Positions 50,505 to 60,899 of a DNA stretch of 64,000 nucleotides are shown here, piece by piece (the stretch's first letter is position 1; each line of letters opens with the position of its first letter). Made by a program: the position numbers and the translations under genes. The notes beneath the pieces are model-generated. The model searched no databases. It had not been told where the DNA came from and saw only the letters and a program-made list of their open reading frames with translations. The stretch is from Candidatus Poribacteria bacterium (GTDB lineage Bacteria > Poribacteria > WGA-4E > WGA-3G): assembly GCA_965205025.1 (NCBI GenBank), contig CBDBFU010000007.1, forward strand, positions 166,705 through 230,704, in the 5' to 3' direction.

Positions 50505-52226
50505 TCAGCCTCTTAGACTATCAATTAACGATAGAATATCATACCAAGTAATATATATGAATAATGCAAGGAGGAAAACAACACTAACCTGTTGAATAAT
50601 CCCTTGTGCTCTCTGCGGTAATGACCGTCCTCTGACTTTTTCTATAGCAAAAAACAGTAATTGGCCACCATCTGCAATTGGAATAGGTAATAAGTTTACA
50701 ATACATAGGTTAATACTAATAAAACCAACAAAGAATAGTATACTCGTTATACCAATCCTTCTATCAAACATTTCACTTGTCATTGTACCTATGCCGAGTG
50801 GACCGGAAAGAAACTTAGGAGACACTTCACCTGAGACTAACTTTTTCAGCAACTTGGCAACAGATGTAAAAGTCAACCAAGTTGTATATAATCCCATTCC
50901 ACCTGCTTCAGTTAAGGTATACATAGGTAACGGCATTCGGAGGGGTGAAAGTTTCATTCCACTCAAATATGTATTCCATCCAATACCAAAGAAAGTTTCC
51001 TTTGCATCCTTACTTGAAGTTTTTTCCGGGTTAATCGTTGCAGTTATTGCTCTACCATCACGGAGTAGACCAAGTTCAATAGGATAATTTGATACGGATT
51101 GAATGTGTGTGTAAAGGGATTCACTATTAACGGGTTTTCCATTAAAACTTACCAGTATATCATCTTCCATAATTCCAGCTTTATCGGCTGTGCTTCCCTT
51201 TAAAACGCGGGTCTTGATTTCCCAGTGAATAGGCATCTGAAGTGTGATTTTTTCTCCATACCTTTCTATACCCAGTTCAAGATTGTCCCTATTCGCTATA
51301 TCTTGGTATAATGCTTGATATTTACTTCCTAACCACTGCAACTCAGGATCCCATATACCCGGTTCAAAATATGGAACATTATATAGTTTTTCGCCGTTAA
51401 TGGTTACAACTCGGTCCCCAACTTGGAGACCAGCATTAGCGGCTAAACTGTCTTCATCAAGTCGGTTGACAATTACATCAATTGTCTGGCTAACACTTAT
51501 CTTACCAATATCTCCCCGTGCACTTGGTTCACTATTTGGAACAATTGTCAGCGTTTTTAGGCTGCCGTCACGTTTGACCACAAATTCTAATTCTTTCTCT
51601 GGACTTGTAAATATTATCATTTGAAAGGATGCCCAACTGTTGACAGTTTCTCCATCAATAGAAACAATTACATCCCCAGACAATAATCCACCTACAGCGG
51701 CAGGACTGTCTTCTGCCATCCACCCAATTTGAACTTCTTCCTGTATTTCAACCTCTTTAACTGTCTGTTCCGAATCCTGATTATCAGCGAAAGTCACACC
51801 TGTTAATCCCTTAACCAATTCTGCAGAATTATAATCCAGTCCAATACTAAAGACTAACCAATATGCCAAAATACCAAACAAGAGGTTAACCAAGGGACCA
51901 GCAATAACAATGAAGGCTCGATTCCCAACAGAAGCACTCGCAAACTCATCATCGCCTCCTGTTTGTTCTCCTGGAGTTTCACCTTCCATTTGGACATATC
52001 CCCCGAAAGGTAATAAGGAGAGCCGATAATCAGTACCACCCTGCTCAAATCCTATTATTCTCGGACCAAAACCGAGGGAAAAGGTATTTACTTTTACACC
52101 ACAACGTTTGGCTGCAAGAAAATGACCTAATTCATGAATAAAAATAAGAAATCCAAGTGGAATAATCGCAAGAAGTACACCTTTAATTGCAGGAAATATT
52201 CCAAGAATAGGTTGAATGAATTCCAT
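50505..52226 (-). CDS. rseP: RIP metalloprotease with multiple PDZ domains
   Basis: HELGH, GPLVN, PDZ-like repeats, NLLPIPIADGG. Confidence 0.93.
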   Translation of the reverse strand: MEFIQPILGIFPAIKGVLLAIIPLGFLIFIHELGHFLAAKRCGVKVNTFSLGFGPRIIGFEQGGTDYRLSLLPFGGYVQMEGETPGEQTGGDDEFASASVGNRAFIVIAGPLVNLLFGILAYWLVFSIGLDYNSAELVKGLTGVTFADNQDSEQTVKEVEIQEEVQIGWMAEDSPAAVGGLLSGDVIVSIDGETVNSWASFQMIIFTSPEKELEFVVKRDGSLKTLTIVPNSEPSARGDIGKISVSQTIDVIVNRLDEDSLAANAGLQVGDRVVTINGEKLYNVPYFEPGIWDPELQWLGSKYQALYQDIANRDNLELGIERYGEKITLQMPIHWEIKTRVLKGSTADKAGIMEDDILVSFNGKPVNSESLYTHIQSVSNYPIELGLLRDGRAITATINPEKTSSKDAKETFFGIGWNTYLSGMKLSPLRMPLPMYTLTEAGGMGLYTTWLTFTSVAKLLKKLVSGEVSPKFLSGPLGIGTMTSEMFDRRIGITSILFFVGFISINLCIVNLLPIPIADGGQLLFFAIEKVRGRSLPQRAQGIIQQVSVVFLLALFIYITWYDILSLIDSLRG

Positions 52227-52288
52227 TTTATCTCCTATATATAATGATTGCGTGAATCGGAATTCCTAAATAATTTATATATTCCAAT

Positions 52289-53467
52289 TTAATTTTTATT
52301 AGCGTGTCTATTATTAATAATTGATAGTGTATATCTTTTTGCCCATTTGTCAACTTCAAGTACATCCTCAAGTGTAGGATTACTTATAACCTCATGTTTC
52401 TCCATAACACTCCTTAAAATATCGGGTATATCCATAAACCTAATGCGTTCTTCTAAGAACGCTTTCACTACAATCTCATCTGCACTACTAAGTACTACAG
52501 GAAGAGTCCCCCCAACTTCCGCTGCAGTATATGCAAGTGAGATACATGGAAATTTCTCTCTATCAACTGGTTCAAAATGTAGTGTCTGCGTTTCGCGTAA
52601 ATCTAAACGGGGAATAGGCGTTGACAATCTTTTAGGATATGACAAAGCATACTGAATCATAATCCGCATATCCGTAGGACCAAGTTGTGCTAAAATTGAT
52701 CCATCTTCCCATTCTACCATTGAATGTATGATACTTTCTTTATGGATGACAATGTCAATTTTATCAAGGTCTATGTCAAACAACCATTTTGCTTCGATGA
52801 CTTCCAAACCTTTGTTCATCATGGTTGCTGAATCAATACTTATCTTTGCTCCCATATCCCAGTTTGGGTGACGTAAGGCTTGCTTAGGGGTCACATCATA
52901 AAGATTATCTTTAGGTATATCTCGAAACGGACCACCAGATGCTGTTATTATCAATTGATAGATTTCGTCTTGTCTATCACATACGCCTTCTAAACACTGA
53001 AAGATTGCACTCATTTCACCATCAATCGGTATGAGGTTAACACCATTTCTTTTTACTGCCTCCATGACTATGGGACCGCACATCACCATAACTTCTTTGT
53101 TAACAAAAGCGATATCTTTTCCAGCGTTAATTGCTGAGAGTGTAGGCAACAATCCTGCACTTCCACCCATACCATCTAATATCTGTTCTGCTTCATCTAT
53201 GGTGGCAACTGCTTGAATGCCTTCAGGTCCGCATAGAACTTCTATGTTGTCAAGATCACTAAGTCGTTTTTTCAACTTAGCAGCAGCTATTGGTTCATTA
53301 AGGGCAACTAAACGTGGATGAAACTTACGCACTTGTTGTTCAAGTGTATTAACATCCTTGTTTGCTGCAAGAGCGACTACCTTGAATTCCTCACTATGTG
53401 TTTCTACAACGTTTAGTGTGTTTTTCCCTATGGATCCAGTACTACCTAAAATGGCGATATGCTTCAT
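52289..53467 (-). CDS. dxr: 1-deoxy-D-xylulose-5-phosphate reductoisomerase
   Basis: LGSTGSIG, NKE, TASGGPF, HPNW.MG.KISIDSATMMNKGLE. Confidence 0.96.
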   Translation of the reverse strand: MKHIAILGSTGSIGKNTLNVVETHSEEFKVVALAANKDVNTLEQQVRKFHPRLVALNEPIAAAKLKKRLSDLDNIEVLCGPEGIQAVATIDEAEQILDGMGGSAGLLPTLSAINAGKDIAFVNKEVMVMCGPIVMEAVKRNGVNLIPIDGEMSAIFQCLEGVCDRQDEIYQLIITASGGPFRDIPKDNLYDVTPKQALRHPNWDMGAKISIDSATMMNKGLEVIEAKWLFDIDLDKIDIVIHKESIIHSMVEWEDGSILAQLGPTDMRIMIQYALSYPKRLSTPIPRLDLRETQTLHFEPVDREKFPCISLAYTAAEVGGTLPVVLSSADEIVVKAFLEERIRFMDIPDILRSVMEKHEVISNPTLEDVLEVDKWAKRYTLSIINNRHANKN

Positions 53468-53583
53468 ATCGTTAACTTTAACTGTTCATATTCTGTAGGA
53501 GATCGCTCCTACAAAAGAGTCCATTTTGCATTTAATCTAAATACTAAATGTTAACTATCACAACGCGTTATTCAATCAATGCA

Positions 53584-54417
53584 TCAATGAATAATGCCTG
53601 TTAGTGTAAGATAATAATAGAGGATAGGCGCGCAAAACATTAAACTGTCACACCTGTCAAGTAGACCTCCATGACCCGGGATATAATCCCCTGAGTCCTT
53701 CACACCAACAGTTCTTTTCATGAGTGAGACACTCAAATCGCCAAGTTGTCCAACCACACTCAACAACAGTCCAATAATAACAGCATGTAATATAGAGAGA
53801 GTATCTTGAAGAAGGAAAGTACACAGTAAAATACTTACGAATATTCCAACAACCAATCCAGCTATAGTTCCTTCAATTGTTTTGCGAGGACTAATCGGCG
53901 TGATAAGCTTATGTTTTCCGATTGCCCTACCGATAAGGTATGCCCCTGTATCTCCACACCAAATTGTACCAATCAGTAAGATGATAAGATGCATTCCTAT
54001 ATCATCAACTTTACGGAGAAGTATACAATGGTAGGCAAATGCCCATCCAATCGTTATGATTCCAGTAAGCTTTAGGGCAACTGTAACAAACTCACCAGCC
54101 ACTTGACCTCGAGAAAGGCTTGATGCAAAAGCATAAATCAGAACGACCACCAAAAACCCTTGCATCCACATTGATGCCTTCAAATTTCCTAACGGGTCCG
54201 GCAAAAAAAAGGCTAAAAAACCAAAGGCAACCGTAAGTATTACAGGTGTTACTGGATTTATCTTTTCGGTGAGTTGATGTGCTAACCGACAGTATTCGAC
54301 CTGCATCATCAGGACGGCGGCGGTAATAAGGAGAAGAAAAAGCCAACTGCCCAGATAGATTATCAGCAAAACAAGCGGCATGAGCAAAACAACGCTTAAG
54401 GTACGCCGCCAAAACAT
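53584..54417 (-). CDS. cdsA: Phosphatidate cytidylyltransferase
   Basis: SPRKTIEG, GDL..S.MKR..GVKDSG..PGHGGLLDR.DS. Confidence 0.95.
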   Translation of the reverse strand: MFWRRTLSVVLLMPLVLLIIYLGSWLFLLLITAAVLMMQVEYCRLAHQLTEKINPVTPVILTVAFGFLAFFLPDPLGNLKASMWMQGFLVVVLIYAFASSLSRGQVAGEFVTVALKLTGIITIGWAFAYHCILLRKVDDIGMHLIILLIGTIWCGDTGAYLIGRAIGKHKLITPISPRKTIEGTIAGLVVGIFVSILLCTFLLQDTLSILHAVIIGLLLSVVGQLGDLSVSLMKRTVGVKDSGDYIPGHGGLLDRCDSLMFCAPILYYYLTLTGIIH

Positions 54418-54420
54418 AGT

Positions 54421-55008
54421 TTAGTTCTCTAACAATTCTGATTCTTTGGCATCTGCTAACTCGTTGATTTTATCTACATAGGTATCGGTTAACTTCTGTA
54501 CGGGATCGGCATCCCCACGGCTACCTTTTTTATCCCCGCCTCTACCTTTACTTCTTCTACCACCTGATCCACCATCACTGCCTTCACTCTTTTTCAAGGA
54601 TTCATTAGCGTCTCTACGGATATTTCGGATGGCAACTCTTCCTTCTTCAGCCAACTTTTTAACGACTTTAGTAAGTTCTACACGGCGTTCAGTTGTCAGC
54701 TCTGGCACCTGTATACGTATAAGACTTCCATCATTGCTGGTGGCAACACCCAAATCAGATTGTGCGATAGCCTTTTCTATCTCAGTGATTAATGTCTTAT
54801 CCCAAGGTTGTATAACAAGCTGATGGGGTTCAGGTGTTGTGATAGTTCCAACTTGATTTAACGGCGTCTTGTTTCCATAGTAATTGATGGTTACTTGATC
54901 TAACAGAGCAGAGGTAGCACGTCCCGTTTGGACATGCGACAACTTAGCTACAGTTGATTCCAAGGTCTTTTTCATACGAGATTCAGCTTGGTTTAGTATT
55001 TCTTGCAT
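54421..55008 (-). CDS. frr: Ribosome recycling factor
   Basis: TGRA, YYG..TPL, PELT.ERR, E.GRVAIRNIRR, QKLTD. Confidence 0.95.
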   Translation of the reverse strand: MQEILNQAESRMKKTLESTVAKLSHVQTGRATSALLDQVTINYYGNKTPLNQVGTITTPEPHQLVIQPWDKTLITEIEKAIAQSDLGVATSNDGSLIRIQVPELTTERRVELTKVVKKLAEEGRVAIRNIRRDANESLKKSEGSDGGSGGRRSKGRGGDKKGSRGDADPVQKLTDTYVDKINELADAKESELLEN

Positions 55009-55064
55009 CTATATCACCACTCCTTTCTCAATACTTCATTACCATAATACTTGTCAGTTAATGT

Positions 55065-55658
55065 TTATTGTCCAAGGACAAAAAGGACAAATCGTTTCAC
55101 TACAATATTTTCGCCGAGTTGTGCAATGGCATCTTTGACAAGATCTTCAATTGTCTTATCAGAATCGCGAATGTATGGCTGCTTTAGGAGACAAGCCTCC
55201 GAATAGAATTTTGAAAGACGTCCTTCAACAATTTTATCAACAATATGATCAGGCTTTCCTTCCTGTAGTGCTTGTGTTTTTAATATTGTCTTTTCAGCTT
55301 CGAGTTCATCTTCGGGAACTTCATCTTCTTTAACATATTTTGGTTTAGCAGCAGCCACCTGCATAGCAATTTCATTGGCTAACTTTTGAAACTGCTCGGT
55401 GCGTGCTACAAAATCTGTTTCACAATTTAATTCAACTAATGTCCCTACACGATTCCCCGGATGGATATAGGATATTACGAGTCCCTCTTCAGTAGCTCTT
55501 CCACCTTTTACTTCGGAGGCGCGCAAGCCTTGCTCGCGCAATTTCTGAATCGCTGCATCAATATCTCCATCCGTTTCTGCTAATGCTTTCTTGCAGTCCA
55601 TTATGCCAGCGCCAGTACGTGAACGTAGGTCACTAACCATTTTTGCTGTAATTGCCAT
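55065..55658 (-). CDS. tsf: Elongation factor Ts (short form)
   Basis: LR.RTGAG.MDCKKAL, ELNCETDFVA, LGENI.V.RF. Confidence 0.96.
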   Translation of the reverse strand: MAITAKMVSDLRSRTGAGIMDCKKALAETDGDIDAAIQKLREQGLRASEVKGGRATEEGLVISYIHPGNRVGTLVELNCETDFVARTEQFQKLANEIAMQVAAAKPKYVKEDEVPEDELEAEKTILKTQALQEGKPDHIVDKIVEGRLSKFYSEACLLKQPYIRDSDKTIEDLVKDAIAQLGENIVVKRFVLFVLGQ

Positions 55659-55813
55659 ATTTCCTCCAATTGAGATTTGAACTTGAATATAATACCTAAG
55701 AGCACATATCAAATTCACATTTCAAATCGTGACATTGAAATCACGACTACGAACATATTGAGTGCTATTCAACAGTTGGTAGTCATAATTATGAATAGTT
55801 ATATATAAAGTGG

Positions 55814-56716
55814 TTATGGAGACCGTCGTGTACGTTTAGGTCTCTTTTTCTGGCGGGGTTGACGCTGTGGTCTTTGTTCTCCATCGCCTATTGTCTCAGG
55901 CTCAGCTGAAAGTTGTGCTTCGTCTAATATCTGTGCTGTCTGCTCCTCATGTCGTTCCGTTTCAGCAACTTTATCTATCTGATCTGAATCTGCTTCAGTC
56001 GTCTCAACTTCCTCCTCAACCTGTTCACCTTCTAATGCGTCGCCACGTCCTTCAATTACGGCTTCTGCTAACACAGAACAAATTAACCGTATTGAACGGA
56101 TAGCATCATCATTCCCAGGAATCGGCAGGTCAATTGGATCAGGATCACAATTTGTATCAACAATAGCAATAATTGGAATATTCAGCTTATTCGCTTCAGC
56201 AATAGCTGTATGTTCTTTACGAGTATCTGTGACAATAACAACCTCAGGAAGAGTCGGCATGTCTTTAATGCCTGATAAGTTGTTAGATAACTTCCCTTTT
56301 TCGCGCCGCAACCGTATGATCTCTTTTTTTGGACGCTTGTCAATTTCACCACTTGTTTCTAAGGCATCAAGTTCCTCAAGTCTTTTGATACTTTGCCGAA
56401 TCGTTTGATAATTCGTTAACATTCCACCAAGCCACCGATGGTTAACATAATACATACTACTTCGAACGGCTTCTTCAACAACGGCTTCTTGAGATTGTCG
56501 TTTTGTACCAACAAAGAGAACTGCTCCACCATTTGCAGCCACTGTTTGTACATATTCTACTGCCGTCTCAAGCATTCGCAAAGTCTTCTGCAAATCAATA
56601 ATATAAATACCATTCCGTTCTGCGAAGATGTATTCAGCCATCTTCGGATTCCAACGTCGGGTCTGATGACCAAAGTGAACTCCACATTCAAGGAGTTCTT
56701 TCATTGTAACTGCCAA
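55814..56716 (-). CDS. rpsB: 30S ribosomal protein S2
   Basis: [32 protein letters not shown]; TTG start after AGGAGG. Confidence 0.97.
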   Translation of the reverse strand: MAVTMKELLECGVHFGHQTRRWNPKMAEYIFAERNGIYIIDLQKTLRMLETAVEYVQTVAANGGAVLFVGTKRQSQEAVVEEAVRSSMYYVNHRWLGGMLTNYQTIRQSIKRLEELDALETSGEIDKRPKKEIIRLRREKGKLSNNLSGIKDMPTLPEVVIVTDTRKEHTAIAEANKLNIPIIAIVDTNCDPDPIDLPIPGNDDAIRSIRLICSVLAEAVIEGRGDALEGEQVEEEVETTEADSDQIDKVAETERHEEQTAQILDEAQLSAEPETIGDGEQRPQRQPRQKKRPKRTRRSP

Positions 56717-56729
56717 AAAATACCTCCTG

Positions 56730-56840
56730 GTTAGAAGAAGTCTTAGGACTTCCCATTGGGTTTGTGCTTCCATCTTCTTCACATCAGCATCAGACTCCAG
56801 AGAAGGAGAACCCTCTGTGCAAATCAGAAGATGTGTCTAT
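56730..56840 (-). promoter_or_regulatory. Probable structured rpsB leader
   Basis: CATCTTC...GAAGATG outer stem with inner hairpins in the 5' UTR; autoregulation is inferred from rpsB leaders in other bacteria. Confidence 0.45.
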
Positions 56841-57103
56841 GTAAATATAGTTGTAACGCCTTTGCAATTTTTGTAATTATACCATGAATCAATAGGGCAT
56901 GCAACTTTTTCTCTGTCTACAAAAGGTATAAGAACAGTATTATCTTCCTCTTCTGTAGGAGGGAACTCCGATTCCCGACTCTTACATTCCTCCGTGTAAT
57001 CCGCGATTCAGAATACGTTTTTATACACCTTTCGCCCCGCTGGGGCTTACTTCATATGTTCCACGTTTTCTACACACATTCCGCCCCTCTGGGGCTGTTC
57101 TTA

Positions 57104-57215
57104 TACCATTTCTATAAATTATTGTCTCACTAGGCGGTTATTATGGTAGTCATTTTCAGGTCACAAACTGAAAGTTTGTGGTACAAAAAAGAGACATTTT
57201 CAATTAGAAATGGTA
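57104..57215. mobile_element. MITE, TACC family
   Basis: TIRs plus TTA duplication; empty site GTTCTTATTTGTAT at ~24028. Confidence 0.85.
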
Positions 57216-57254
57216 TTATTTGTATAAGACAGATTTTCTACAAGTTAATACCCT

Positions 57255-57719
57255 TACTATTGTTTGGACATTTTCTGAGAGGTGCTTCACCTATTTCTAA
57301 TTGTTTCTGGTTTTTAGCCACGTTTCTCACGCCAATCTAACTCTGAGAAAAATCAACTTAGATGGATAAAAGCGTAGTCCGGGGAATGCTAAATGAAGTT
57401 AAAGAATTTATTCGGGTAATTTCCAGTTTCTTGTAGAATCCGGTACGGTGAATCAACGGTATGAATGCCATAAGGCATTCCCCGGGAAACCGCACCTACC
57501 AGCTCTGGGTCCAAATTACCTATTTTATTTTTTTAACTTCATATAGCATTCATACCGTTGATTCCTTGATTTGAGGGCAAAATGTGTGTAGAAGTGCCAT
57601 ACCTGCAGCATGCCCAAGCCCCAGAGGGGCGAAAGGTTTGTAGAAACGTCATGCCTTCACAATACCCAAGCCCCAGAGGGGCGAAAGGTGTATCGCTCAA
57701 AACTGCCCAAACTATAGTA
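57255..57719. mobile_element. MITE, CTAT family with nested insertions
   Basis: Homologous to 24071-24291; contains reverse 35-bp element (57380-57564) split by an ATGAAG MITE (57393-57542) that holds another 35-bp element (57450-57484). Confidence 0.82.
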
Positions 57720-57912
57720 TACTATAACATATTCTCTTCATCCGCAATTCTGAAAAGAAAACCATCCACTCAAAAACCCTCTCCTCCGTGTAATCCGTGT
57801 AATCCGTGTAATCCGCGATTCAGACAACCCTCCCTTCCATTTGATCTGTTTACTTATTTCGTTAAATCATTAAAATATGTAACAACCGTAATTTGTGGAC
57901 TTAGGTTTCAAT

Positions 57913-58983
57913 ATGGATATTTTATTAAGTGATATAGCAAAACATTTCAATACTTCACCTGACACCTTAGAATTACTGCCTATTCAACATGGAATAAAGC
58001 ACAAGCAGAATGTACATCGTCTGAGAATAAGAGACAGCAATTATCTCCTAAAATCTTACGAAATATTCGAACCTGTAACACCAACAGGTTTTACACCCCG
58101 TGAGATTGAACAATTCACACTTACAACACTCCTCAACAACGGATGTCATGTACCCCAAGTTATCTGGGAATCTGCCAAATTCAACACATTATTGTTAGAA
58201 TGGTGTGGTAAGCAGACATTAGATGATTTAGCACAATGTGTTAAGACTCCTAATCTCTCTCAGATCCTTCAGAATTCGCTAAATAGTCTCTTTCAGATTG
58301 AGACTGTATTTGAGAAATATAGTGAAAAGTTCACACCATACATCTTTGAGTATGATTATAACTCAAACCTACTGAGGATACTTGAACGAGGGAAAAAGAC
58401 AATTAGTTATCTGACACATCTGGGTAAAAAAGAGATGTCTTCATCAGCAAAATCTCACTTGGAAATGTTATGGGATACTTTTTCTAATCTTCTCATAGAT
58501 AGCAAACCGACATTAGGTCCACTTGATTATCATGCTCGAAATATAGTCATTAATGATGACAAACCATATTTTATTGATTTTGGTAGTGTTGGGTTGGATT
58601 GGCAAGAAAGGAGAGTAATACAGTATTTTAACAGTGTTGGTGCGAATTATGATGAAGGGAATTTCGTTTCAATGTTAGACAGAGAATTAGTAGAATGTTG
58701 CGGAAATTGGAGAATTCAAGAGAAAATAGATTCAGACCTTGAAGAAATCGCATCACGAATTGACGGACATCATCTACTTTATTATCTCTCAATAATTCAC
58801 AGACTGGTAGAGGCTGTAGCCAGACCAGAAGAACAGGACAACCGTATTCTACTTGAGTCATGGGGGGATGCAGGTATTCGGTTCAAACGCGCAATAAGTA
58901 TAATTTGCAATACAAAACTTAGTGATAATTCATGTGTTGTTCAACTAAGGGAGATCCTCAAAGAACTAAATAACAAACCATGA
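57913..58983 (+). CDS. Aminoglycoside-phosphotransferase/kinase-like protein
   Basis: YLLK, VP.VI, LEW.G, DYHARNI, FIDFG. Confidence 0.75.
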   Translation: MDILLSDIAKHFNTSPDTLELLPIQHGIKHKQNVHRLRIRDSNYLLKSYEIFEPVTPTGFTPREIEQFTLTTLLNNGCHVPQVIWESAKFNTLLLEWCGKQTLDDLAQCVKTPNLSQILQNSLNSLFQIETVFEKYSEKFTPYIFEYDYNSNLLRILERGKKTISYLTHLGKKEMSSSAKSHLEMLWDTFSNLLIDSKPTLGPLDYHARNIVINDDKPYFIDFGSVGLDWQERRVIQYFNSVGANYDEGNFVSMLDRELVECCGNWRIQEKIDSDLEEIASRIDGHHLLYYLSIIHRLVEAVARPEEQDNRILLESWGDAGIRFKRAISIICNTKLSDNSCVVQLREILKELNNKP

Positions 58984-59000
58984 TCGTTTATTAAAATAAC

Positions 59001-59205
59001 CATAGGCGTCAATTTAGTGGTTTTCCCAGGCCGGTAGGTAGCGATTTCCCGGGGAATGCTAAATAGCATTCATACCGTTGATTCATCGCACTGGATCCTT
59101 CGCGAAAAACTTTATGAACGCATTGGAACAAACCCGGTTCGGTTAGGAAACCGAACCTACCGACCTGAAATTTATAGCGTACTTCTCCTTAAATTGACGC
59201 CTATA
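59001..59205. mobile_element. MITE, CATAGGCGTCAATTTA family with 19-bp target duplication
   Basis: TIR CATAGGCGTCAATTTA/TAAATTGACGCCTATA; GATCGTTTATTAAAATAAC at 58982-59000 and 59206-59224. Confidence 0.85.
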
Positions 59206-59235
59206 GATCGTTTATTAAAATAACAAACTAAAACA

Positions 59236-59646
59236 TTATTTATCTTCAGTTAATATTGCAGACTGAAGTCTCAATAAAAACTCTTCTACCTCCGGCGTAG
59301 ACGGTTTAACTTTCTCAACAGATAAACCAGGTCCTTGAAATTTCTTTTGATAAGAATTTAGGGTGTCATAGAGTATGATAAGGTCAATTTGCCTATTATC
59401 AATTGCATTTCGAATCTGTTGAAATTGTGATTCTATTGTGTCTTGGGATATACCATCAGGACGACTATCTTGAATTGATTTCTCAATGTTGTTTAACGCT
59501 CTCCCCGCTGTCCAATAATGTAACCCCTCTTTGCCACCAACTCTATTGTATAGAAATGCTCCTGCGGCAAAACCTAAAATGAGGATTGAAATTAGAAATA
59601 TAAGGACACGACGATAACATCCGCTAATCTTATCTGCTATTGACAT
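59236..59646 (-). CDS. Hypothetical membrane-anchored protein
   Basis: N-terminal TM helix; start abuts the stop of the upstream gene. Confidence 0.72.
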   Translation of the reverse strand: MSIADKISGCYRRVLIFLISILILGFAAGAFLYNRVGGKEGLHYWTAGRALNNIEKSIQDSRPDGISQDTIESQFQQIRNAIDNRQIDLIILYDTLNSYQKKFQGPGLSVEKVKPSTPEVEEFLLRLQSAILTEDK

Positions 59647-60765
59647 CTATAATACATTTCCTTCGCGTATCGTTAATACAGGTTCAATTTTCTGAGATCC
59701 GATGAACTTGGTATCATGGGCATCAAAGAATTCATACTCCCCATCAACTATATCTAATATTGCAATATCAGCAATACCACCTATTCTTAGATTTCCCATA
59801 ACGTCCTCACGTTTTATCGCTTTAGCAGCATTAAACGTAGCCTTCTCAATCACCTCTTCAAAAGTAAGACCAAGATGCATTAACTTAGATAAGGTTGTAG
59901 GCAGATCGTATACCGGTCCATCTATATTTCCAGTATGTAAATCCGTACTGATAACATCGGAAATAAAGCCTTGCTCCATGGCACGTTGTGCTACTTCATA
60001 GTGGAAACTGCCGCCACCGTGTCCCACATCAAAGATCACACCATCATTTCGCGCTTTCCACGCTTCCGGAATTACATTTCCTTTCTCATCCACTATATTA
60101 TCACCATTCCCTTGAAAACAGTGCGTAATAACATCACCCGGTCTCATGAGTTCCAAAACATCAGGTAATGGAACACCTTGTCCAATATGACACATAACTG
60201 GTGTATCTGCTTGTTCTGCAGCCCGAATGGCGAGTTTTAAGGGTTCAACCCCATTATCCCCAACCTGCATTTTCCCTTGACGCACTTTAACGCCTACAGT
60301 AATATCACGATTTGCAATGAGCGTATCAGCCACACGATCTGGATCTGCGTAGGCAAGATCGTGTATTTCACCTACAGGTCCATAGATAAGTCCAATTCCA
60401 GAGATATGAACATAATTGAGTATATTCGTCTGTGCTGGTTCAGAGATGAATTCCTTGAATCCAGGGAAAGATGCCCAACTTGCGCTACCCGCATCTACAA
60501 CAGTTGTTGTTCCTGTATTCGTACAGACATCGTCTGCCCGTATACCCCACGTAGTTACACCATAATACACATGGGTATGTATATCAATCAAGCCGGGGGT
60601 GACATATTTATGCCTTATAGGTATTGTTTGTTTGGCAAGGTCTTTCGGAATATCGTCCGCAATTGCTGCTATCAAACCATGAGAAATAGCAATATCTGTA
60701 ATTTTATTTAACCCTTGTGCAGGATCTACTACAGTTCCACCTTTGAGCAAGATATCATATTTCAC
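59647..60765 (-). CDS. Amidohydrolase (dihydroorotase/deacetylase-like)
   Basis: PGLIDIHTH, GTTTVVDAGS, K, MCH, THCF, DVGHGGGSF, ISTDLH. Confidence 0.92.
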   Translation of the reverse strand: MKYDILLKGGTVVDPAQGLNKITDIAISHGLIAAIADDIPKDLAKQTIPIRHKYVTPGLIDIHTHVYYGVTTWGIRADDVCTNTGTTTVVDAGSASWASFPGFKEFISEPAQTNILNYVHISGIGLIYGPVGEIHDLAYADPDRVADTLIANRDITVGVKVRQGKMQVGDNGVEPLKLAIRAAEQADTPVMCHIGQGVPLPDVLELMRPGDVITHCFQGNGDNIVDEKGNVIPEAWKARNDGVIFDVGHGGGSFHYEVAQRAMEQGFISDVISTDLHTGNIDGPVYDLPTTLSKLMHLGLTFEEVIEKATFNAAKAIKREDVMGNLRIGGIADIAILDIVDGEYEFFDAHDTKFIGSQKIEPVLTIREGNVL

Positions 60766-60899
60766 TTAAACACCCTAATCAGTAATATTGAACCTATTAT
60801 TTGCGGCATTGAAATAAGGATATTGGCAGTAATAATTAGCCCAGATTGATTGTAGGAATTTGAACTTCTTTTTCCCTAAAATTTACTCTCATATACTCG

